Shown here: positions 56,864-64,000 of the stretch, one piece after another | Position numbering within the stretch: the stretch's first letter is position 1 | Layout of the letters: each line of letters begins with the position of its first letter | NCBI GenBank assembly: GCA_964392295.1 | Contig: CAYMQA010000020.1 | Span: 13,372 to 77,371 of the forward strand | Direction: 5' to 3' | DNA length: 64,000 nucleotides | DNA from: an uncultured Caldilinea sp. | GTDB taxonomy: Bacteria > Chloroflexota > Anaerolineae > Caldilineales > Caldilineaceae | Translations under genes and position numbers: made by a program | Notes under the pieces: model-generated | Database searches by the model: none | Seen by the model: only the letters and a program-made list of their open reading frames with translations | What the model was told of the DNA's origin: nothing

Positions 56864-59557
56864 ATGACCAATGAACAACCATTGCGATTGATTGTCGATG
56901 GCGAGCCCATCGAATTTTCTGCGGGCGACACAGTGCTTGTTGCCCTACTGCGGACAGAACGCCATCCTACGCGTGGCGGCTGTCTTTGTCTGGCAGGCGA
57001 TTGCCCCCATTGTCTGGCTACCGTCGATGGCGTTGCCTATGTGCGCACCTGTCAGGTGGCGGCGCGCCCGGGGATGATTGTCGTGCGCGAGCACGCGGCT
57101 GGGGCACATCCTGCCTTGCCCTTAGATATCCAGCCTGGTCCAGCTGTCACGGCGCGCAACCTGCACTGCGATGTGGTGGTGATCGGGTTGGGCGCGGCTG
57201 GACAAACAGCCGCGACTGCCGCGCACGCGGCTGGCCAGCAGGTTATCACCCTGGATGCCCAGCCGTCGGCTACGGGTGGAGCGGAAGTGATCGGCATCTA
57301 TCCTGGTCCGCTGGTGGTGGCGCGCACCCACGCGGGGATGCTGCATGTCTACCCACGGAAAGAAATTGTTGTCGCTACCGGGGCCGCTGAACTGCAACCG
57401 GTGGCCCCCGGCAATGAATTGGCGGGGATTGTCACGGCGCGGGCGGCGACACAACTTGCGGCGGCGGGCGTTGCGCTGGGCCGCGTCGTGGCTGTCGGTG
57501 TGCCACCCCAAGGCATTGCTGCCGAACAAGTAGCAGGCGAGATTGTGCGTTTTGAGGGCCGTACCCATGTCGAAGCGGTGGTGATACAAGATGCGCAGGG
57601 CAATCAGCAACGTCTTGTCTGCGATACGGTCTCGGTTGGTCTGGGCCTGTATCCGCGCGATGCGTTGGTGCGCATGGGCAATGGCCTGACGGGTATCACC
57701 ATCCGCGCGGTCGGTGATGTGATGTTGCCGGCTGTCATTCCACCCTGTCCCAAGGCGGGGACCCTTTGCACTTGTTCGGATGTACAGGTCGAAGATTTAC
57801 ACTTTATCTGGGCGCGCGGCTTTCACGAACTGGAGTTGGTGAAACGGGCTACCTTGGCCGGGACCGGCACCTGTCAGGGCGCGGTCTGCCTACCCTATAT
57901 TCGCAGCTTTCTGGCCGACAAGAACGAAGTTTTGTCGCCGCCTTTTACGGCGCGCCCTGTCACGCGCCAACTGACTATGGGCGAAGTCGCGGCTGGTTCG
58001 CATCATCATGCCACGCCGCGCACAGCGTTGGATGGCGAACATCGCCGTCTGGGGGCCAAGATGGAGCGCGTGGGTGGCTGGTGGCGACCCTGGCACTATG
58101 GGAATCCTCTGGCTGAATATTGGGCCGTGCGCGAGGCCGTCTCGCTGGGTGATGTTAGCACCCTGGGTAAGATGCAAATTTCTGGACCCGATGCATTGGC
58201 GTTGCTCGAACGGCTCTACCCCACCAAGGTCGCCACGATCAAGTCAGGACGGGCGCGCTATGTCTTGCTGCTCGATGATCGGGGCTATGTGCTGGATGAT
58301 GGCTTGATCTGCCGAGATAGCGCCACCCGCTTCACGCTGACCTTTACCAGTGGCGGCTCGACCACGGCTGAACTCTGGGTGCGTGATTGGGCCGAGGCGT
58401 GGGGGTTGGATGTACATATTCTCAACCAAACCATGGCGCTGGGCGCGATCAACGTGACGGGGCCACTGGCCAACGAACTATTGACGCGTGCCGGTCTGCA
58501 CAGTCCACCACCCTACATGGGCCACCTAAACACCACGGTGGCCGGGATAGAATGCCGGGTCTTCCGCCTCAGTTTTACGGGCGAACTCTCTTATGAATTG
58601 CATCATCCGGCTGAGGATTCGGCTACGTTATGGCGGCGCTTGATGGTATTGGGCGCGGATCTGGGCATCAAGCCGCATGGCATTGAAACCTTGCTCAAGT
58701 TACGCCTGGAAAAAGGCCATATCATTGTCGGCCAGGATACCGATTTCGATTCGACGCCACGGCGTATTCAACATGAGTGGGCTGTACGCATGGATAAGCC
58801 CGATTTTGTGGGCAAAGGCGCGCTTCTGCGCACCGATAAGCTGCCCCTTGATCGCCAACTGGTGGGGTTGGAGATGGCCGGTCCCGCGCCGCTGGAAGGC
58901 TCGGTCATTTATAACGGTGCCGAGTACGCGGGTTATGTCACCTCCAGCTTTGCCTCGCCGATGCTGGGTAAGACGGTCATGTTGGGTTGGCTGCGCACCT
59001 TCAACGGCGAACTGCCGTCAACCGTGCTCATTGATGGCCGCCCGGCGCGCCGGGCCGATCCACCTTTCTATGATCCAGAAAGTGCGCGTGCCCGGATTGA
59101 ATCTGCTCCGGCCGATGCCGAACCGGCGACCCCTGCCGCTCTGCAACGCGCGCTGACGATTGTTGCGCCAGCGGAGTCGCCTGTACAGCGCATTCCTGGT
59201 ACACGTATGGTGGCGACCCCAGCCGTGTTAGACGCAGTCGCCTGGCCTGCCGATGCCCTGGTGTTACGTATTGCTGGTGACGAAATCTTTGTTACGGCGG
59301 TGGTTGCAGCAGATCTGATCGACGATCCGCACGCGCTTGTTGTCCCTGATGCCGGTTTCGCCGGTGTGTGGCTGCCCACGACCGCGGCGCTCGATTTCCT
59401 GGAGCGCGCGTGCGAATGGGAAGTGCCGTCGGCACGCCCGGCCTTTGCCCAAGGTATGGTGGCCGGTTTGCCCATGAAACTATGGCTGGAAACCGACCGC
59501 GTCTTATTGATCGTACCCGCCCCCTATGCCACCGACTTGCAGGAGCGCCTAGCATGA
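56864..59557 (+). CDS. soxA: sarcosine oxidase alpha-subunit family protein (2Fe-2S-like N-terminus, FAD/NAD domain, GcvT-like folate domain) with a C-terminal gamma-subunit-like extension
   Basis: 897 aa with a Cys-rich N-terminus (GGCLCLAGDCPHC...C), a dinucleotide fold (DVVVIGLGAAG) and an aminomethyltransferase-like region (GKMQISGPDA..., FTGELSYELH). It is followed by the beta and delta subunit genes. Confidence 0.82.
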   Translation: MTNEQPLRLIVDGEPIEFSAGDTVLVALLRTERHPTRGGCLCLAGDCPHCLATVDGVAYVRTCQVAARPGMIVVREHAAGAHPALPLDIQPGPAVTARNLHCDVVVIGLGAAGQTAATAAHAAGQQVITLDAQPSATGGAEVIGIYPGPLVVARTHAGMLHVYPRKEIVVATGAAELQPVAPGNELAGIVTARAATQLAAAGVALGRVVAVGVPPQGIAAEQVAGEIVRFEGRTHVEAVVIQDAQGNQQRLVCDTVSVGLGLYPRDALVRMGNGLTGITIRAVGDVMLPAVIPPCPKAGTLCTCSDVQVEDLHFIWARGFHELELVKRATLAGTGTCQGAVCLPYIRSFLADKNEVLSPPFTARPVTRQLTMGEVAAGSHHHATPRTALDGEHRRLGAKMERVGGWWRPWHYGNPLAEYWAVREAVSLGDVSTLGKMQISGPDALALLERLYPTKVATIKSGRARYVLLLDDRGYVLDDGLICRDSATRFTLTFTSGGSTTAELWVRDWAEAWGLDVHILNQTMALGAINVTGPLANELLTRAGLHSPPPYMGHLNTTVAGIECRVFRLSFTGELSYELHHPAEDSATLWRRLMVLGADLGIKPHGIETLLKLRLEKGHIIVGQDTDFDSTPRRIQHEWAVRMDKPDFVGKGALLRTDKLPLDRQLVGLEMAGPAPLEGSVIYNGAEYAGYVTSSFASPMLGKTVMLGWLRTFNGELPSTVLIDGRPARRADPPFYDPESARARIESAPADAEPATPAALQRALTIVAPAESPVQRIPGTRMVATPAVLDAVAWPADALVLRIAGDEIFVTAVVAADLIDDPHALVVPDAGFAGVWLPTTAALDFLERACEWEVPSARPAFAQGMVAGLPMKLWLETDRVLLIVPAPYATDLQERLA

Positions 59558-60762
59558 ATGAATTTATTGAACGCAAAGTCCAGTTGAACTGGCACGCGCC
59601 CAAGCGCGCCTATGATGTGGTGATTGTCGGCGGCGGCGGCCATGGGTTGGCAACAGCCTATTATCTGGCCACGCGGCATGGGATTACGAATGTGGCTGTC
59701 CTCGAACGTAAATACATTGGTGGCGGCAACTCGGGGCGCAACACCACTGTGATCCGCGCCAACTATGGCATTCCCGAAGCCGTGCGCTTTTACCAGCGCA
59801 GTGTGGAATTGTACCAACATCTGGAACAAGAAACTGAGCGCTGGATTATGCACAAGGAAAAAGGCCTGCTCTGGCTGGCGCATACGGAAGCGGCCATCCG
59901 TGGGGAACGGGCGCGCGCCGAGGTCAATACCGCCTTTGGGGCCAAGACCACCTATGTCGATCCCCAGCAGATCAAAGAAATTTGTCCGCAACTGGACATG
60001 AACGGCGCGGGGGTTTGGCCGATTGTGGGGGGCTCCTATCATGCCGAGGGCGCAACGGCGCGCCATGATCGGGTGGTGTGGGCTTTTGCCGAGGGGGCCA
60101 TGCAACGGGGCGTGCATGTTCACCAGCGCACCGCCGTCACCGATTTGCTGATGGAGGGCGACCGCGTCACCGGCGTGCAAACCGATGCCGGACCGATTGC
60201 GGCGGGGATTGTGCTGTCCGCCGCAGGTGGCCATGTGACGGGTTTGGCGGCCATGGCCGGAGTACGCTTGCCGATCCGCACCCATCCGCTGCAAGCCTAT
60301 GTGACCAATCACTATGCCCAACAATTTGATGCGATTGTGGCCTCGACGTCGCTGCTCTTCTACGCCTCACAGACGGCGCGCGGCGAAATGTTGATTGGGG
60401 CCGAGATTGATCGCCAGCCCAGCTACTCCTATCGTTCGGGCCATCACCTGTTGCAAAGCTGTTCACACCGCGCCATGACGCTGTTGCCCTTTCTGCGCGA
60501 CTTGCGGGTGCTGCGCCAATGGACCGGCGTCTGCGACATGAGCCCTGACTATTCGCCGATTATGGGCAAGACGGGCGTCGATGGCTTCTACCTTACCACC
60601 GGTTGGGGCACTTGGGGCTTCAAAGCAATCCCCGCCAGCGGCGAACAGATGGCCCAACTCATTGTGACGGGTGAAACGCCCGAACTCATCGCCCCCTTTG
60701 GCTTGGATCGCTTCGCCAAAGATCGCACCCTGGCCGACCGCGGCTCGTCCGGCACGCATTAA
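59554..60762 (+). CDS. soxB: sarcosine oxidase beta subunit family FAD oxidoreductase
   Basis: 402 aa from ATG 59554 (ATGA overlap with soxA). YDVVIVGGGGHGLATAYYLA dinucleotide fold. The tracked upstream extension overlaps soxA. Confidence 0.88.
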   Translation: MNEFIERKVQLNWHAPKRAYDVVIVGGGGHGLATAYYLATRHGITNVAVLERKYIGGGNSGRNTTVIRANYGIPEAVRFYQRSVELYQHLEQETERWIMHKEKGLLWLAHTEAAIRGERARAEVNTAFGAKTTYVDPQQIKEICPQLDMNGAGVWPIVGGSYHAEGATARHDRVVWAFAEGAMQRGVHVHQRTAVTDLLMEGDRVTGVQTDAGPIAAGIVLSAAGGHVTGLAAMAGVRLPIRTHPLQAYVTNHYAQQFDAIVASTSLLFYASQTARGEMLIGAEIDRQPSYSYRSGHHLLQSCSHRAMTLLPFLRDLRVLRQWTGVCDMSPDYSPIMGKTGVDGFYLTTGWGTWGFKAIPASGEQMAQLIVTGETPELIAPFGLDRFAKDRTLADRGSSGTH

Positions 60763-60832
60763 CGAACTGCCAAGGTGAGCATTCTTTGCTACCTGCTACG
60801 CTGTTACCTTGCTAAACCAGAAAGTAGAGCCT

Positions 60833-61075
60833 ATGAACATTCGTATCCCTTGCCCGCACTGTGGGCCACGCCCGATCCAGGAGTTTGTTTATGGCGAGAT
60901 CCCAGTAGTGCCGGACGCCATTACAGATGCTGATGCGCGCGATCTGGATCGCGCCTTTATGCGGGGCAACCCCGAAGGTCCAACCACTGAACGCTGGTTT
61001 CACACCTATGGCTGCCGCCGCTGGTTGACTCTGCGCCGCGACACGCGCACCGATGAGATTCTGGGCGTTGGCTAA
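60833..61075 (+). CDS. soxD: sarcosine oxidase delta subunit
   Basis: 80 aa from ATG 60833. CPHCGPR...EF.YGGE-type zinc motif (IPCPHCGPRPIQEFVYGEI) and W..H..GC..W. Confidence 0.82.
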   Translation: MNIRIPCPHCGPRPIQEFVYGEIPVVPDAITDADARDLDRAFMRGNPEGPTTERWFHTYGCRRWLTLRRDTRTDEILGVG

Positions 61076-61078
61076 AAA

Positions 61079-61124
61079 TTATCCCACAGTATCCCACACG
61101 CGCGTGTGGGATACTGTGGGATAG
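61079..61124. repeat. 46-nt perfect palindrome built from TATCCCACA units; bidirectional terminator candidate
   Basis: TTATCCCACAGTATCCCACACGCG|CGTGTGGGATACTGTGGGATAG lies between the convergent soxD and PLP-enzyme genes. Confidence 0.75.
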
Positions 61125-61167
61125 CGCGTATTGTAAATTGAACGGACAAGCGGTGGGCAAGTGCTGC

Positions 61168-62376
61168 TTAAATCTGCGCCAACGCCTGCCGCACATCGGC
61201 AATCAGATCATCGGTTTCTTCCACGCCGATGCAGAAGCGCACCAATTCATCGCGGATGCCCAAAGCCAGGCGTTCTTCTTCGGGCAGTTCGGAATAACCC
61301 ATAATCGCCAACGGGCTGATCATACTTTCGACGCCGCCCAGGCTGGGACCGATGGTGGGAATCTTGAGCGCGTCGATAAAGCGATAGGCGCGTTCGGCAT
61401 CGCCGTCGATCTCGAAGCTGACGACGCCCCCAAAACCGCGCATGGTCGCCTTGGCCAACGTGTGATCGGGGTGGCTTTCCAAGCCAGGATACCAAACCCG
61501 CCGCACCTTGGGGTGATCCTCTAGAAAACGCGCAATTGCCAGACCATTGGCATTGTGGCGTGCAATGCGCAGCGCCAAGGTTTTGATACCGCGCAACATT
61601 AAGTAGGCCCCATGCGGATCGGCGATGCTGCCAAACATGCCCTGGGCCTGGCGCACACGTGCGGTCAATTGAAACGAACCGATCACCGCCCCCGCCATCA
61701 AGTCATTGTGGCCGCCCAGGTATTTGGTCAAGCTGTGAATCACCAGATCGACGCCAAAGGCCAGTGGACAGCAGTTGATTGGCGTGGCAAAGGTGGCATC
61801 GACCAGGGTCAACAAGTTATGATGCCGGGCAATATTAACCAACTGCGGATAGTCAATACAGCGCATAAAGGGGTTCGATGGCGATTCTGTGTAAATCATG
61901 CGTGTATTGGGCTGGATGGCCGCTTCGATAGCCGCGCTGTCGCCACAGGGTACAATGGTGCTCTCGACCCCCCAACTGGGCAGGAACTTGGTACAGAACT
62001 CGCGCGATTGATGATAACAATCATCGGTGAGAATCAGGTGGTCGCCCTGTTTCAGCAGCAGGAGCAACGTATTGGTCACTGCTGCCATGCCGCTGCTGAC
62101 CAATACCGCATCTTCTGCGCCATCCAATGCGGCTAACTTGGCTTCCACCGCGCGGATGGTGGGATTGCCATACCGGCCATATTCTTCGCGTTCGACTTCG
62201 TCCCAAAACATGCGCTCTTCAAAATAGTTCAGAAGATCGGCTGTTTTGTCGAAGGTATAGACGGCCGTCTGGACAATGGGCACGGTGAGGCTATGATGGG
62301 CGCGGAAACGCCGTTCGCCCGCGTGAACGGTTTCGGTTGAGCGAGGGCCTGTTGGTTGAGCGTGTTCCTGTGTCAT
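61168..62376 (-). CDS. Cys/Met-metabolism PLP-dependent enzyme (cystathionine gamma-synthase/beta-lyase/sulfhydrylase family)
   Basis: PLP-lysine motif [12 protein letters not shown]. 402 aa from ATG 62376. Confidence 0.85.
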   Translation of the reverse strand: MTQEHAQPTGPRSTETVHAGERRFRAHHSLTVPIVQTAVYTFDKTADLLNYFEERMFWDEVEREEYGRYGNPTIRAVEAKLAALDGAEDAVLVSSGMAAVTNTLLLLLKQGDHLILTDDCYHQSREFCTKFLPSWGVESTIVPCGDSAAIEAAIQPNTRMIYTESPSNPFMRCIDYPQLVNIARHHNLLTLVDATFATPINCCPLAFGVDLVIHSLTKYLGGHNDLMAGAVIGSFQLTARVRQAQGMFGSIADPHGAYLMLRGIKTLALRIARHNANGLAIARFLEDHPKVRRVWYPGLESHPDHTLAKATMRGFGGVVSFEIDGDAERAYRFIDALKIPTIGPSLGGVESMISPLAIMGYSELPEEERLALGIRDELVRFCIGVEETDDLIADVRQALAQI

Positions 62377-62486
62377 GGGTTTTGCGCATTCAGATCTGTG
62401 GAAAGGCAAGGGTAATTGATACGTTTTGCCAGCTGTAGGAATTTATGCATAGCGCATTAGAAGCGTAAATTCTAATGCGCTACCCA

Positions 62487-62909
62487 TCAGCCGACTAGCT
62501 TGGCACTCAGCGTAATCTCGCCGACACTGGCCAGGGCTTTCGAGACGGGACAATTGGCTTTGGCCTGCTCAGACAGATCGGCAAACTTGGCTGCATCGAG
62601 GCCGGGCACTTCGGCTTCAGTATTCAACTCAATTTTGCTGATGGCCGGGCCAGCACCCAAGTGAACTTTGGCTGTGGTGTGGACGCGGGTGGGCGTATGG
62701 CCCTCTTTTGTGATCAGCGCCGAGAGGAACATGGAATAGCAACCGGCATGTGCCGCGCCCAATAATTCTTCGGGATTGGTGCCTTCGCCGCCTTCAAAAC
62801 GAGACGCATAGGTAAATGGCCCTTCATAGTGGCCTGCGCCTACCTTCATTGTCCCGGCCCCTTCTTTAAGGGTGCCCTGCCAAGTGGCTTCAGATGTGCT
62901 TTCTGCCAT
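62487..62909 (-). CDS. osmC: OsmC-family peroxiredoxin
   Basis: 140 aa from ATG 62909 (RBS AAGGAG). Two conserved Cys contexts are present (AHAGCYSMF; KANCPVSKAL). Confidence 0.85.
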   Translation of the reverse strand: MAESTSEATWQGTLKEGAGTMKVGAGHYEGPFTYASRFEGGEGTNPEELLGAAHAGCYSMFLSALITKEGHTPTRVHTTAKVHLGAGPAISKIELNTEAEVPGLDAAKFADLSEQAKANCPVSKALASVGEITLSAKLVG

Positions 62910-63109
62910 GAGTTTCTCCTTATGGTCTTCGCGTAACATCAATCTTTGATCTTCCGGTGCAAGTAAGCCACCGAGTCAAATCAAATTTTAGCCTAGAGCC
63001 GGTTGATTGGGAAATTGTGTGATTCGGAGGATTGCAGGGGAAATTACTATCTTTCGCCTAACGCAGAGGTAATGTCGATTTTCAGGTCAGCTGTGGTAGC
63101 CGCTCATGC

Positions 63110-63248
63110 TAAATACAGGGTAAACAAAATTTTTGTCATTCATTTGAGACACGAATTATGCGAATTTCACGAATTTCACGAATTTCACGAAGGGAGCAAG
63201 CGCACTTTGTGTCAAGGTATTTGTAAAAATGTACTTTACAGCGTACTA
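63110..63248 (+). repeat. MITE-like dispersed repeat, copy C (contains 3.3 copies of a 9-bp tandem repeat, CACGAATTT)
   Basis: AAATACAGGGTAAACAAAATTTTTGTC...GAGACACGAATTATGCGAATTTCACGAATTTCACGAATTTCACGAAGGGAGCAAGCGC...GTGTCAAGGTATTT...TGTACTTTACAGCGTACTA. Confidence 0.75.
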
Positions 63249-63618
63249 AAAGCAATAAATATAAGTTTGGCTAACAATGTATGTGTGCTTATGGTAAGGC
63301 AAGGGGTTTTATCGTAAAAGTGGTATGTTTACATTGCGTTGCCCATTTATTGTAACATTGGGTAAAAATTGCCTGTCTATAGTAAAATTGGAAATAGGTA
63401 TACAGCCAATTCCATCAGATCCGCCGAAAAAACTAGAGTCTCTAGAAGTATCCTACTGTAAAGAAAATTATAAAGAACGCTCGTAAAGAAAGCCATCAAA
63501 AATAAAAGTTACTTATTTGAACATTCAGAATTTCGCCTCGGTTGCGCGTTGCATCAGGGCTCTCCAGCGAGTCGGGCGCATTTTCCGAGGAACCCAGCCT
63601 ATAAGGAGGACGACATTC

Positions 63619-64000
63619 ATGACCGCACCCGTAGTGACCGGAGGATCAAAAGTAATCTCAATGGACGCCAGCATCCCCTCATCGCAGGCGCTCAATGGAC
63701 ATGCAAATGGCATATTATCGACTGACCAACTTTTGCAAATGTATCGTAGCCTTGTGCTGATCCGCCGCGTCGAGGAATCGCTGCTCATGTTAGCCACATC
63801 CGGCAAAATCGGCGGCGCAATGCATACGGCGATTGGTCACGAAGCCAATGCCGTTGGCACCGCTGCTGCCCTGCGTCGCGATGATTATCTCACTTGCACT
63901 TATCGCGGTCACCATCATTCATTAGCCCGTGGCATGGACCCCAACCGCGCGATTGCTGAAGTATTGGGCAAGGCTTCTGGCTTTGCCAAGGGTAAGGGTG
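63619..64000 (+). CDS. thiamine-diphosphate-dependent 2-oxoacid dehydrogenase E1 component alpha subunit, N-terminal part (continues beyond the window)
   Basis: Absent from the track because there is no stop in the window. AAGGAGG lies 9 nt upstream of ATG 63619. Translation gives ...[19 protein letters not shown]...[16 protein letters not shown]...[12 protein letters not shown]...[11 protein letters not shown], matching the E1-alpha layout. Confidence 0.8.
   Translation, partial: MTAPVVTGGSKVISMDASIPSSQALNGHANGILSTDQLLQMYRSLVLIRRVEESLLMLATSGKIGGAMHTAIGHEANAVGTAAALRRDDYLTCTYRGHHHSLARGMDPNRAIAEVLGKASGFAKGKG

Noticed and set aside
59368-59553. Upstream extension of soxB (tracked start 59368)
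   Set aside because: The extension overlaps the soxA C-terminus in another frame and is Arg/Gly-rich. The conserved SoxB N-terminus starts at ATG 59554, coupled to the soxA stop (ATGA).
63159-63190. Possible CRISPR-like or minisatellite array (CACGAATTT x 3.3) and the 12-bp repeat at 4410-4450
   Set aside because: The units are 9-12 bp with no spacers, and they sit inside the MITE-like element core. They are not CRISPR arrays.

Overview
This is a 64-kb chromosomal window from a moderately GC-rich bacterium. The gene content looks Chloroflexota-like, but that is a low-confidence impression and cannot be verified here. About 50 protein genes are supportable.

Housekeeping and metabolic genes: surE (partial), gltX, pth-mfd, the mevalonate genes HMG-CoA synthase and class II HMG-CoA reductase, sarcosine-oxidase-type soxA-soxB-soxD, a Cys/Met PLP enzyme, OsmC, RidA and a partial E1-alpha.

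Transporters: a NitT/TauT-type ABC importer, a pair of ABC exporters and a TauE/SafE protein.

Envelope and secreted proteins: CapA-like, a DsbA-like protein plus a DsbB-cytochrome c fusion, a VIT-VWA protein, a Cys-less transglutaminase-like protein and a 1,826-aa PPC/discoidin/double-VWA protein.

The main non-routine observations are:

1. A degenerate chromosomal integron at about 43.5-46.6 kb. It has an intI N-terminal remnant, at least three attC-type sites and leftward cassettes of unknown function.
2. A GrdB/PrdB-family reductase gene split by a single in-frame TGA at the position of the family's selenocysteine, with a downstream hairpin.
3. A roughly 140-bp MITE-like repeat family in three copies, with a related core at a fourth site.
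4. A TATCCCACA palindromic repeat at two convergent gene ends.
5. An orphan trio of divergent complex-I antiporter-like membrane proteins downstream of the VIT-VWA gene.
6. A roughly 900-bp gene-free gap containing an intrinsic terminator on the minus strand upstream of the ABC importer. I could not classify the possible RNA there.

No rRNA, tRNA or CRISPR array was seen.
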